From positions 19,374-83,373 of the forward strand of contig JAJDEO010000041.1 in NCBI GenBank assembly GCA_029259745.1: a stretch of 64,000 bases of DNA, given 5' to 3'. Positions 1 through 9,796 of the stretch are shown here, piece after piece (the stretch's first letter is position 1; each line of letters opens with the position of its first letter). Made by a program: the position numbers and the translations under genes. This DNA comes from Planctomycetota bacterium (GTDB lineage Bacteria > Planctomycetota > B15-G4). The notes beneath the pieces were generated by a model. It searched no databases. It saw nothing but the letters and a program-made list of their open reading frames with translations, and was not told the origin of the DNA.

Positions 1-583
1 TGACGAGGAGACGCGGCACGAGACCTCGGATGACGCGCGCCGCAAGGAGTGCGAGGGCGCCGGCCCACGCGCCGAGCACATTGGGGTTCGCGAAGGGACC
101 AACGGGACGCCAGGCCACGAGCGATTCGGCGGCCACGGCGTCGCGCGCCTCGGTCGCGACGAGCAGCGTGAGGCTCGCCGCCAGCGCGACGATGAACACG
201 GGCGCCGCGCGCAGCCCGCCGGCATGTCCGAACACGCGCCGCGCCGCGAGGAAGACGAGCCCGTGCCCGAGACCCGTCGCCGCCGTCCACTGCACCTGGA
301 GCACGTCCGCACTCTGCAGCGACGTCACGCGCCAGGTGCTGAACGCGAGCGCGACGAGCGCGATGACCGTTGTGATCTCCGGGAACGCGAGCGCGACGCG
401 GCTCTGACCCCGGCGCGTGACGAGCCCCAGCGCCGTGAACCCGAGGAACGCGGCGGCGAACAGCAGGTGCGCGGTCCACGGGTTCGCGGCCGCCGCCGGG
501 ACGAGCGGCGCGACGACGGCATAGACGAACAGCACGACGAACACCGAGCGCCGCTCGAGCGACGACGGCGTCGAGTCGTTCAC
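1..583 (-). CDS. Polytopic membrane protein, N-terminal part (runs off the window start); possibly O-antigen ligase/polymerase-like
   Basis: GTG at 583 overlaps the TGA of the upstream gene (GTGA); frame reads VNDSTPSSLERRSVFVVLFVYAVVAPLVP... with several hydrophobic helices; family guess is from context only. Confidence 0.6.
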   Translation of the reverse strand, partial: MNDSTPSSLERRSVFVVLFVYAVVAPLVPAAAANPWTAHLLFAAAFLGFTALGLVTRRGQSRVALAFPEITTVIALVALAFSTWRVTSLQSADVLQVQWTAATGLGHGLVFLAARRVFGHAGGLRAAPVFIVALAASLTLLVATEARDAVAAESLVAWRPVGPFANPNVLGAWAGALALLAARVIRGLVPRLLV

Positions 584-2448
584 TTCACCGCTCGCCACCA
601 GACGTACGCAACGTCCGCGGACGACTCGGCGAGGCTCCAGACCCCGCCGCACTCGAGCCGGCCGTCGAGCCACAGCGCGCCCTCGCGCGCGTCGGTCGGC
701 GCGAGTTCACGCGGCGTGACGACGTACTCGTAGCCCTGGTCGAGCCAGTATCGGAGCGACGCGGCGAAGAGCACCTCATCGCCATCCGCGGTGACGGTTG
801 CGATCGGCAGGCGCACGAGATCGGGAACGTCCTCGGCGAGGAAGAAAATCGGTGCGATCACGCGCTCGCCGCCCTCGGCTTCGATGAGCTCCCAGACGTT
901 CTTCGTCGTGAGCGCATGAGCTTCGTCGATCACTTCCTTGTGCTGGCCGAAGTAGTCCGGAGCGAAGTCCGTCGAGAAGTACGCGGTCTGCGGACGCGGC
1001 TGGACGTCGACGAGCGAGAGCCCCACGAGCCCGAACGCGAACATGCTCGCGAGCGCCGCCGGCACGACGCCGAGGATGAACCACGGGGCCACGGAGACCG
1101 AGGCCACGACCGAGCGCTTCTCGCGCGTCAGCGTACGCAGCGCGAGTGGAATGGCGTAGACGATCGCGCCGACGACGAGCAGCGTGTACCAGCGTTCGGG
1201 CTTCGGCTCGTCGGCCGTGCCCATGACGTCGTCGGCGGTGACGACGAGCAACGCCGTCCAGACCATCAGCGCCGCGCCGCGCATCCAACCGGCGAACTTG
1301 TCCGAACGCAGCGTCAGGCCGTGGATGCCGAGCGCGACGACGAGCGGCGTCAGCGGCACGAGGTAGCGCAGCTTCGTCGCGGGCCAGACGACCGACACCG
1401 CCACGAGCACGACGAGCGTGACGATCAACGCCACGGCGCGACGGTCGCCCACCTTCACACCGCGCAGGAACGCCGGCACGCTCGAGGCCGTGGCCAAGGC
1501 CATCGTGACCGGCCAGGCGAAGAGCCCCGTGACGAACAGGTAGAGCACGTTCGACGCGAGCCAGCTCTTCACGCCGCCCGTCATCAGCGCGAGCCACGGC
1601 ACCTCACTCGGGAAGCGCGCGACGGGCCCGGTTGCCTCCACCGCGATCTCGGGGACCACGCCGAGCCGGTAAAGCAGATACAGCGGGTTGACCGAGTACG
1701 TCGCGCTGCCGAAGAGTTCGATGTTGCGCCACCACCACGGCGCCTGGCACAGCACGGCGACGGCCACGGCACCGAGACCGACACCGAGAGCTCGACCGAC
1801 GGCGGTGCTCTCGGTACGTCCCCGCGCGCGCGCCGTGAGCAGCAGCGTCACGAACGGCACAGGCAGCAGCACGAGGCACTGGTAGTTCAGGAGCCAAAGG
1901 GCACCGAGCACGACGCCGAGCTTGAGCAACGACGGGCGCGCCGCGCCGAGCAGGTCGACGAGCAGCACGACGCCAAGCGCCTGGGCCGCGTAGAGCGAGC
2001 CGTTGCCCGCCGCATCGACGGCGACGAAGCTCAGCGCGACGAGCGCCGTCGCCAGCGCAGGCAAACCGTCGGGTGCACCGACGCCGCTCTCCGTGAGGCG
2101 ATCGACGAGTTTCCACGTCATGACGAGCAACAGCAGCGCCGCGACGAACGACGCGCTGCGGAGCCCCGTGAAGGGATCGACGCCGAAGAGCGTTGCGAAG
2201 CCGGCACCGATCAGCGGCCACAGCGGCGCGTGCTGATCGGCGAGGTCCTGCGGGAACACCTCGCCTTCACCGACGGCGAAGGCCGTGCCGCGCTCGAAGC
2301 CCGCCGCGAACCCCTCCCCCGCCATCAAACTGCGCGCCACGCCGACATCGAGCAGCACGTCACCGCGCGGGTCGTCGTGGTGGCCGAAGACGGACACTCG
2401 CAGCACCACTCCCGCCACGATGACGGCCAGGCAGAGCCAGACTCTCAC
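580..2448 (-). CDS. GT-C fold (PMT/ArnT, GT39/GT83-like) membrane glycosyltransferase
   Basis: 622 aa, many TM segments; N-terminal D...ARSL..GEG...HAPLWP pattern and RYLVPL motif typical of PMT_2-type proteins. Confidence 0.65.
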   Translation of the reverse strand: MRVWLCLAVIVAGVVLRVSVFGHHDDPRGDVLLDVGVARSLMAGEGFAAGFERGTAFAVGEGEVFPQDLADQHAPLWPLIGAGFATLFGVDPFTGLRSASFVAALLLLVMTWKLVDRLTESGVGAPDGLPALATALVALSFVAVDAAGNGSLYAAQALGVVLLVDLLGAARPSLLKLGVVLGALWLLNYQCLVLLPVPFVTLLLTARARGRTESTAVGRALGVGLGAVAVAVLCQAPWWWRNIELFGSATYSVNPLYLLYRLGVVPEIAVEATGPVARFPSEVPWLALMTGGVKSWLASNVLYLFVTGLFAWPVTMALATASSVPAFLRGVKVGDRRAVALIVTLVVLVAVSVVWPATKLRYLVPLTPLVVALGIHGLTLRSDKFAGWMRGAALMVWTALLVVTADDVMGTADEPKPERWYTLLVVGAIVYAIPLALRTLTREKRSVVASVSVAPWFILGVVPAALASMFAFGLVGLSLVDVQPRPQTAYFSTDFAPDYFGQHKEVIDEAHALTTKNVWELIEAEGGERVIAPIFFLAEDVPDLVRLPIATVTADGDEVLFAASLRYWLDQGYEYVVTPRELAPTDAREGALWLDGRLECGGVWSLAESSADVAYVWWRAVK

Positions 2449-3332
2449 GCGTCGTCCTCCTGATCTTCGTCGAAGTCGGGCGTCCCGATCTCGTCGGCAC
2501 GTCGGGCATCCTGCCAGTCGTCGTAGAGCGGATCGAGGTCGCGGATGTCCGCGCCTGCCTCGAGCCGCGCGAGCACGTCGCGCAGCGGAGTGACGATCAG
2601 CAGCGCTTCACGCGGACTCTCTGCGCGCACCGAGGCAAGCCGCCGCTCGGCCTCCGAGAGATCGCGGCGCGCGGCGCGCACGGCTCGGTCGGTGAAGAGC
2701 GATCGCAGGCCGCGCTCCACGAGCAACCGACCGAGCACCATCATGTCGAAGGTGTCCTCGGCGTCGGCGTGGCGCAGGTGCTCGATGGCGATCTCGGTGG
2801 GCGTGTCGCCGTAGCGACGCTCGACGGCGAGGGCGAAGCCAGGGTCGCGATCGCGACGTGCAACGATGAGCTGACCGAGCGCCGAGTGAAGCCGCGCCGA
2901 GTCGTGCAGGTCGAGGCCCTGCTCGAGGAGTTCGAGCCCCGCGTCGACGATCGCGTCCTTGCGCCGTGGGTCGGACGTGCGGCGCGCCTCCGACGCGATG
3001 AGCTGATAGGCGAGGTACTCGCGCACGTCGTCGAAGCCGGGATGCAGCTCGAGCAGCGCTCGCGCAAGGAGCTCGATCTCGCGACTCTCGCCGCGCTTCT
3101 GCTCGCGGTCGAGACGCGTCCACAACGCCGCCGACGCGATCGCCTTGATGGGTCCGAGCGGTGCCAGGGCGCGCGCGAGGGGTTCGGTGGGAAGGCGTTC
3201 GTCGCTCGCGTTCCGACTCGACACGAAAGCCGCAGCAGCGAGCAAGACGACACCCAGCGCCAAGCGCAGGCGTCGACGCCCGGCAAGCGCCACCGTCGCT
3301 CCGTCGACAACTCGCGACTGGGCGTCACTCAT
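2445..3332 (-). CDS. Hypothetical helical protein with N-terminal membrane anchor, ABC-associated
   Basis: ATG at 3332 overlaps the permease stop (ATGA); MSDAQSRV..., one TM segment, then TPR-like helices (LLELHPGFDDVREYLAYQL). Confidence 0.7.
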   Translation of the reverse strand: MSDAQSRVVDGATVALAGRRRLRLALGVVLLAAAAFVSSRNASDERLPTEPLARALAPLGPIKAIASAALWTRLDREQKRGESREIELLARALLELHPGFDDVREYLAYQLIASEARRTSDPRRKDAIVDAGLELLEQGLDLHDSARLHSALGQLIVARRDRDPGFALAVERRYGDTPTEIAIEHLRHADAEDTFDMMVLGRLLVERGLRSLFTDRAVRAARRDLSEAERRLASVRAESPREALLIVTPLRDVLARLEAGADIRDLDPLYDDWQDARRADEIGTPDFDEDQEDDA

Positions 3333-4252
3333 GGCATCGCCTGCCTGCGCGCCAACGACACGCCAAAGACCGCCGTCACGACGAGCACCGCCATCCAAAC
3401 CGGCCACATCATCGGAGGGTCGATCCGGACCACCACCGCGAGCAAGCCCGCGAGGCACGCCGTCTCGAAGCGGAAAGCACTCGCGCCAGCGAGCACGGCG
3501 AAGAGCCCGAGCAGCAACGCCGTCATCCCGGTCTTCGAAAGCGGCAAGCGTGTCTGGCTCATCGGCCGCTCGCCGATCTCGAGCGTGGCCGGGGAAGACG
3601 TGAAGAGCACGCCATGACTCGCCCGCAGGGTGACAAAGAGGTCGCCCGTGGCAGGACGCATGTCGGGGATCGGGACGACGGCGCGGCGCTGGGCGACGAG
3701 CGGCTTGTCGATGAGCTGCGTCGAGCGACCGCGGCGGACGTCGACCGCGACGTGCCCGGTCGGCGCGGACGCCATGATGACGTCGAAGGCGAGATCGAAG
3801 GGGCCGCTGGCCTCTGAGGGCAGAGAGAAGCGCCACTCGACGGAGGCCGTCGTGCGCGCGACCTGCACGCCGACGACATCTTCGGGAACCGTGATCTGGC
3901 CCGCGACGAGGCGCGCCACGCCGGCCATGACGACGACGAGCCAGCCCGCGCCCGTTACGGCCCCGAACGTGCGTCCGAGCGTCCAACTCAGCGACGACAT
4001 CGGGCGCAGCGCAAGCACCTGCTCGAAGCCGCCCGCACGGTCGGCAGTGAGCTGCCCCGCGACGAGCGGCAGGACGAGCAGCGCCGCGAACACGGTGACG
4101 AGCGGCGTGAGCACCGTCGCGGCGAGCTCGGGCGACGGCATGCCCGCCACGAGGAGGCCGGCGAGCAATCCGGCAACGGCCGCGATCGTCAGCGAGCGCA
4201 GCGTGAGCATGCGCCGAAACGTGCTGCCCGCGATGACCGCCAGCGCGATCAC
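3329..4252 (-). CDS. ABC-2 type transporter permease
   Basis: Hydrophobic; DRAGGFEQVLALRPMS...WTLGR matches the ABC-2 permease loop; adjacent to the ATPase. Confidence 0.75.
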   Translation of the reverse strand: MIALAVIAGSTFRRMLTLRSLTIAAVAGLLAGLLVAGMPSPELAATVLTPLVTVFAALLVLPLVAGQLTADRAGGFEQVLALRPMSSLSWTLGRTFGAVTGAGWLVVVMAGVARLVAGQITVPEDVVGVQVARTTASVEWRFSLPSEASGPFDLAFDVIMASAPTGHVAVDVRRGRSTQLIDKPLVAQRRAVVPIPDMRPATGDLFVTLRASHGVLFTSSPATLEIGERPMSQTRLPLSKTGMTALLLGLFAVLAGASAFRFETACLAGLLAVVVRIDPPMMWPVWMAVLVVTAVFGVSLARRQAMP

Positions 4253-4253
4253 G

Positions 4254-4979
4254 TCAAGCGGCCTCGCTGCCGAGCAACGTCAGCAGGCCGTCACGCTCGT
4301 CGGCGCCGGACAGCAACTCATCGGCCTCGCCCTGGGCGACGATGCGTCCTTCGCGCAGGACGACGACGTGCGTGGCGAGATCGCGGAGATCCTCGATCCG
4401 GTGCGTCGCCATGAGCAGGCAGGCACCGAGCGCGACCTGCTCGCGAAGATGCGCGCGCACGTCGTGGATGACGAGCGAGTCGAGCGACGAGAAAGGTTCG
4501 TCGAGCAGCAGCAGCGGCGGACGGTCGAGCAGCGCCTGCGCCAGGAGCACGCGCCGTGACTGCCCCAGCGAGAGGGTGCCGAGGCGCCGATCGATGAGGC
4601 CATCGAGCCCCGTGATGCGGACGACGTCGAGCACGCGCTGACTCGCGCCCTTCACGGCCTGCAGCGCCGCGAGTTCATGCAGCACCGCGCCGACGCTCAG
4701 CGTGGGCGGCCAGCGCAGACGCTCGGGCGCATAGCCGATCGAACCGCGCAAGCTGCGTGCCCCGAGCGGCTGACCGAGCACCTGCGCCGTGCCGGCCAGC
4801 GGCGCGGCAAGACCGGCGAGGATCCTCAGCAGCGTCGACTTGCCCGAGCCGTTGGGACCCACGAGCCCCCAGCACTCGCCCGCTTGGACGTCGAGATCGA
4901 CGCCGGCGAGCGACGGTACGCGTCGCCCGAGACTGCGGCGGTAGGCATGTGTGAGTCCACGGATCTCGACGGCGGCCAT
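4254..4979 (-). CDS. ABC transporter ATP-binding protein
   Basis: Walker A GPNGSGKST, signature LSLGQ, Walker B LLLLDEP, H-loop ATH. Confidence 0.95.
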   Translation of the reverse strand: MAAVEIRGLTHAYRRSLGRRVPSLAGVDLDVQAGECWGLVGPNGSGKSTLLRILAGLAAPLAGTAQVLGQPLGARSLRGSIGYAPERLRWPPTLSVGAVLHELAALQAVKGASQRVLDVVRITGLDGLIDRRLGTLSLGQSRRVLLAQALLDRPPLLLLDEPFSSLDSLVIHDVRAHLREQVALGACLLMATHRIEDLRDLATHVVVLREGRIVAQGEADELLSGADERDGLLTLLGSEAA

Positions 4980-5123
4980 CGGTCCAGCATACCCATCCGG
5001 CACGACGCGCAACGAGCCAGCAGACGCGCCGGAAACTCATTCGGTCGAGGACGCGTCATACGAGCAGCCGACTGGCCGTCCAGCCATCGCCCCGCGACGG
5101 ACAGCTGGAGTACCCTGTCGGCC

Positions 5124-5675
5124 ATGTGGACGCTCGAGACATCGACGGGAAAACGCATCGCCCTCACGCGCCTGCCCGCGATGGTCGGGAGTGCCGCCGA
5201 TGCCGACATCACGCTCGCCCACGAGTCGATCGACCCGATCCACGCGGCGCTGTCCGACACCGAAGACGGCCGCCTTCAGGTCGCGGCGATCGGCGATGCC
5301 GTCATCGGCATCGAGGGCGCACGGGTCGAGCGCGGGTCGCTCGCGGCCGGCGAGCAGCTCGTCATCGGCGTGATCGCCTTCACGGTGCACCACGCCGGCG
5401 CGGCGGCCCCGATCGAGCCCCAGCTCGCCACGCGCCGACGCCCCAGCGCGACGCGCCCGTCCCCCGCCTCGATGCCCACCGCGCGCGTCACGGCCGGTGC
5501 GGGCCGGCGCGGAACGGCGCTTCAGTTCAACGCCTACGAGAAGCGCCGCGGGCTCATCCACACCGACTTCTCGCAGCTCGACATCTGGGGCAAGCTGGTC
5601 GCGCTGCTGATCCTGCTCGCTCTCGTCGCCCTGCTCGGCTGGGGCATCAGCGTCGGCATCGCCTCCCTCATGTGA
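5124..5675 (+). CDS. FHA domain protein with C-terminal TM helix
   Basis: MVGSAADADITLAHESIDPIHA resembles a degenerate FHA GR..SxxH motif; Pro/Arg linker; C-terminal hydrophobic helix. Confidence 0.7.
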   Translation: MWTLETSTGKRIALTRLPAMVGSAADADITLAHESIDPIHAALSDTEDGRLQVAAIGDAVIGIEGARVERGSLAAGEQLVIGVIAFTVHHAGAAAPIEPQLATRRRPSATRPSPASMPTARVTAGAGRRGTALQFNAYEKRRGLIHTDFSQLDIWGKLVALLILLALVALLGWGISVGIASLM

Positions 5676-6091
5676 CGTGCGCACTGCGTCGCGAGCTCGC
5701 CGTCGTGGCGGCTCGTGACGAAGCCCCCAGGCGCCCGACGCGCTGGCCGAAGACGGTGAAGCCTGACGATTTCGTTCGTCTGCGGTCAGCCCGTCCCGAT
5801 CGCGGGAGATCCGCGGACGTCCCCTCAGACCGCCGACTGCGGGCTCGTCGAGGCCTTCCAATGCCGCGAGTTGGCTCGTTGGGCGTCGCGACACGCTAAA
5901 TCACGTCGGCGAGGGGACCCGCGCGCCGCCGGTTTCCGTTCTCCTTCATGGGGGACGTCCTCTTCCTCCTCCGTGGACTCCCCCGCCCATGTGGCCGTCC
6001 CTCTGGTGTCATCCCGATCGCCAGGCCCGCTACACTCCGCCGGCTCCTTTCGAGCTCGCAATCCCCCGCAGTGACAACTGAGAGCCATCCG

Positions 6092-7324
6092 ATGAATCGC
6101 GCGAGTCTACCCCTCGTCGTGCTCCTCTTCGCAAGCCCCATCAACGACGCCAACCGCTCATGGAGCGAGGGCGCCGCAGACGACATGTTCGGTCACTCGG
6201 TCTCCGAGGCCGGCGACATCAACCAGGATGGCTTCAGTGATGTCATCGTGGGTGCGCCCGGCACGGAAGACCGCACGGGACGTGCCGTCGTCTACGACGG
6301 ACATGAAGACGAGATCGTGCACGATTGGAAAGGCGAGAACCCGGGTGACGAGTTCGGCTGGTCGGTGAGTACGGCAGGCGACATCGACGACGACGGCTTC
6401 GCTGATCTCGTCGTCGGCGCGCCGGGCTTCGACGACGACCGCGGCAAGGTCTACGTCTTCGACGGCAAGAAGAGTGAGATCATGTTCGAGATCGACGGTG
6501 ACGAACCCGGCGACCGCTTCGGGTTCTCCGTCAGCAACGCCGGCGACGTGAACAACGACGGCTTCGACGACATCGTCGTCGGTGCGCCGGGCAAGGACGA
6601 CAAGAAGTACGGCGAAGATGCTGGTCGCGCCTACGTCTTCTCGGGCAAGAAGGCCAAGAAGCTGCACGAGTTCAAGCCGCTCTCGGACTCCGAGCAGCTC
6701 GGCTGGAGCGTCGCCGACGCGGGCGACGTCAACATCGACGGATTCGGTGACGTCGTGCTCGGCGCCCCCGGCGCGCGCAAGAAGAAGAAGGATCCGCCGA
6801 CTGGTGCCGTGCGTCTCTACCACGGCAAGAAGGGCAAGCTGCTGCACACGATCTACGGCAACGAAGAGGGCGACCGCTTCGGACACGCCGTGCACGGAGC
6901 AGGCGACTGCAACGGAAACGGCGCGGCCGACATCGTGATCAGCGCCGACACGGCGGCGTCGTATGTGAAGATCATCGACGGCAAGAAGGCCGAGGAACTC
7001 TACACGCTCGAGACGCCGCGCGAAGGCATACGCTACGGGTGGTCGGTCGGATCGGCGGGTGACTTCGACGGAGACGCCTACGGCGACGTCGTGATCGGTG
7101 TTCCCGGCGGCAATGACAGCTTCAAGCCGTCCGTGATCGTCGTGTCGGGGAAAACCGGCGAGGAGCTGCGCACCCGCACGAGTGACGACCCCAGCAGCGG
7201 CTTCGGCATCTCCGTCTCCGGCGCGGGTGACCTCAACGCCGACAGCTTCAGCGAGATCGTCGTGGGCGCTGACGGCAAGGGCGACAAGCAGGGCTCTGCC
7301 TTCGTGTTCGACGCGAAGGACTGA
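6092..7324 (+). CDS. FG-GAP (integrin alpha beta-propeller) repeat protein
   Basis: Seven repeats of FGxSV..AGDxNxDGFxDxxVGAPG. Confidence 0.92.
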   Translation: MNRASLPLVVLLFASPINDANRSWSEGAADDMFGHSVSEAGDINQDGFSDVIVGAPGTEDRTGRAVVYDGHEDEIVHDWKGENPGDEFGWSVSTAGDIDDDGFADLVVGAPGFDDDRGKVYVFDGKKSEIMFEIDGDEPGDRFGFSVSNAGDVNNDGFDDIVVGAPGKDDKKYGEDAGRAYVFSGKKAKKLHEFKPLSDSEQLGWSVADAGDVNIDGFGDVVLGAPGARKKKKDPPTGAVRLYHGKKGKLLHTIYGNEEGDRFGHAVHGAGDCNGNGAADIVISADTAASYVKIIDGKKAEELYTLETPREGIRYGWSVGSAGDFDGDAYGDVVIGVPGGNDSFKPSVIVVSGKTGEELRTRTSDDPSSGFGISVSGAGDLNADSFSEIVVGADGKGDKQGSAFVFDAKD

Positions 7325-7350
7325 CACATTCCGCAGGTGAGACCGAGAAC

Positions 7351-8664
7351 ATGAAGAAGTCGATGACCGCACTGGCCTGGATCTGCGCCGTCACCGTCGC
7401 CGCGGCACCGGGCGACGACCCCGAGAGTCGCGTCTGGCAAGGCGAGGGCGAAAAAGCCGACGAGCGGTACGGTGCGTCGGTTTCCACGGCCGGTGACTTC
7501 GACGCCGATCAGCGCGACGAGTACCTCATCGGCATCCCCGGTCACTCGAAGAAGGGCGTCGACGCAGGCGCCGTCGTGATCGTCTCGGGGCGCACCGGCA
7601 AGGTGCTCCACACGCTCTACGGCAAGAAGGCCGGCGACCGCTTCGGACATTCCGTCGACGGTCTGCGGGACGTCAACGCCGACGGTTTCGCTGACATCAT
7701 CGTCGGGGCGCCGGGACACAAGGACGGCACCGGCGCCGCGTATGTCTACCTCGGCAAGAAGGCCAAGGAGCGCGTCGTGCTCGAAGGGACGACCGTCGGC
7801 GAGCAGTTCGGCTGGAGCGTCTCGGCGGCCGGTGACATCAACCAGGACGGATTCTTCGACATCATCGTCGGATCGCCGAGCTACGACGGCGCGGCCGGCG
7901 ACGACTGCGGACGCGCGACCGTCTTCTCCGGCAAGTCGAAGGGCAAGAAGGCCATCGAACTCTACAGCTGGGAAGGCGAGACGCCCGGCGCGCAGTTCGG
8001 TTGGTCGGTGACGCACACCGAGAACATCTACCGCACGGACCTGGACACGACTCCGATCACGCAGCATGTCGCCGTCGGTGCGCCCGGAGCGGCGGCGAAG
8101 TCGGGCGGCGTCGCGAAGGGACTCGTCTACATGTACGACGGCCTCAACGGCGAGTTGCTGCGCACGATCGAAGGACGACGTAAGGGCCAGCGTTTCGGCC
8201 ACGCGATCCACGCCGCCGGCGACGCCAACAGCGACAGCTTCGGCGACCTCATCGTCGGCTCCGACTCCGTCCCCGGCGGGGCGGACCTCATCTCCGGTCG
8301 CAACGGCAAGGCCCTGCACCGCTTCGAACCCGAACGTCCCGACATGCGCTTCGGCTGGGCCGTCGGCGGCGGTGGCGACTTCGACAACGACAGCTTCGAC
8401 GACGTCGTCGTCAGTGCGCCGGGTGAGTTCAAACCCGGCGACACGACCGACCCCGATCGCGTGCCGTACGTGCGCGCCTACTCGGGCAAGACGGGCAAGC
8501 TACTGCTCGAGATGCGCGGCGGACCGCTCGAAGATCGCTTCGGAATCTCCGTCGCCGTCGCGGGCGACAACAACGTCGACCGCTACGACGAGATCATCAT
8601 CGGCGCCGACCAGATCGGTGTCCGCGCAGGCTTCGTCGAGGTGCACTCACTGCACCCCGAGTGA
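7351..8664 (+). CDS. FG-GAP repeat protein, tandem paralog
   Basis: Signal peptide followed by seven FG-GAP repeats. Confidence 0.92.
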   Translation: MKKSMTALAWICAVTVAAAPGDDPESRVWQGEGEKADERYGASVSTAGDFDADQRDEYLIGIPGHSKKGVDAGAVVIVSGRTGKVLHTLYGKKAGDRFGHSVDGLRDVNADGFADIIVGAPGHKDGTGAAYVYLGKKAKERVVLEGTTVGEQFGWSVSAAGDINQDGFFDIIVGSPSYDGAAGDDCGRATVFSGKSKGKKAIELYSWEGETPGAQFGWSVTHTENIYRTDLDTTPITQHVAVGAPGAAAKSGGVAKGLVYMYDGLNGELLRTIEGRRKGQRFGHAIHAAGDANSDSFGDLIVGSDSVPGGADLISGRNGKALHRFEPERPDMRFGWAVGGGGDFDNDSFDDVVVSAPGEFKPGDTTDPDRVPYVRAYSGKTGKLLLEMRGGPLEDRFGISVAVAGDNNVDRYDEIIIGADQIGVRAGFVEVHSLHPE

Positions 8665-8674
8665 GCGCAGCGAC

Positions 8675-9796
8675 TCAGCTCGCGGCGACTGCTCGCCAGA
8701 GGTCTTCGAGCGTTCGTGCCGAGGTCTCCCAGCTCCAGCGCTCGGCTGCGCGCCGCCCCGCTTCGATGCGGGCGGCGCGTTCGTCATCACGCGTGAGCGC
8801 TCGGGCGAGCGCGTCGGCAAAAGCTTCCGAACCGCGTTCGAGGTCGACGAGCCAACCGCCCTCGGCGAGTGTGTCGGCGACGGCCGGTGAGCGCGCCGCG
8901 ACCACCGGGACGCCGAAGCGCTGAGCGTCGACGATCGGAATCGAGAAGCCCTCGGTGATCGAGGGCACGGCGAGGGCGTCGGCGCCGGCGAGGAGCAGCG
9001 CGAGTTCCTCGTCGACGATCGGACCGAGGACGCGGACGGCGTCGGGTGGCAGGCCGAGGCGCTTGGCGCGCTGCGTGATCGCGATGGCCTGCGTGTCGCC
9101 GACACGACCGGCGAGAGCGAGCACGACGTCACTGAACTCCGGACGCGCGCGGAGTGTCGCGAGCGCGGCCATGAGTTCGCCGGTGTTCTTGTGACGCGCG
9201 GGTGGGCCGATGTGCAGGACGAAACGCGTGTTGAGCTTCGTCGCGATGCGCAGGGCCGCGACGTGGTCGAGCGGCGCGGCGCCGGGATCGAGCCACGGGG
9301 TCGCCGCGTTGGGCACGACGTGCACGCGCTGGGGCGAGACGCCGACGGTGTCCGTCAGCTCACGCGCTGTCGCCGCCGAGACAGCGACGATGCCCGCCGT
9401 GCGTGCGAGGTTCGGCGCCAGGCGCCGACGCCCCCAGAGCTTTCGTGCGCGGCCGATGCCGATGTCGTCACGCAGAAAACGCAGGTCGTGGATCGTGACG
9501 ACCGCGGGCACGTCGCGCAGGCGCGGAACCGGCAGCGCGCCGAGGTGGATGAGATCGGCGTCGACGTCGCGCGCGAGACGCGCGAGGCGACGGCCGGCGA
9601 AGGCGCGTCCGACGGGCGTCGTCGTGCCGTCGAGCACGGTGGTTGCCAGACCGGGGAGCGGGTCGATGCCCGAGCGCACGGCGTGCACGACCTCGACGTG
9701 CCCGCCAGAGAGGTGCTCGGCGCCGAGTGCACGCAGCCGCGTCGCAGCCCCTGAGGGCGTGCCGTCCAACATCGTTGCATCAACGAGGACCTTCAT
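8675..9796 (-). CDS. Glycosyltransferase family 4
   Basis: MKVLVDAT start, TIHDL, HKN, PSITEGFSIPIVDA (variant of Ex7E). Confidence 0.9.
   Translation of the reverse strand: MKVLVDATMLDGTPSGAATRLRALGAEHLSGGHVEVVHAVRSGIDPLPGLATTVLDGTTTPVGRAFAGRRLARLARDVDADLIHLGALPVPRLRDVPAVVTIHDLRFLRDDIGIGRARKLWGRRRLAPNLARTAGIVAVSAATARELTDTVGVSPQRVHVVPNAATPWLDPGAAPLDHVAALRIATKLNTRFVLHIGPPARHKNTGELMAALATLRARPEFSDVVLALAGRVGDTQAIAITQRAKRLGLPPDAVRVLGPIVDEELALLLAGADALAVPSITEGFSIPIVDAQRFGVPVVAARSPAVADTLAEGGWLVDLERGSEAFADALARALTRDDERAARIEAGRRAAERWSWETSARTLEDLWRAVAAS

Noticed and set aside
6092-8664. CRISPR-like or non-coding tandem repeats
   Set aside because: The periodicity is degenerate protein-level FG-GAP repeats; there are no identical repeats with spacers and no cas genes
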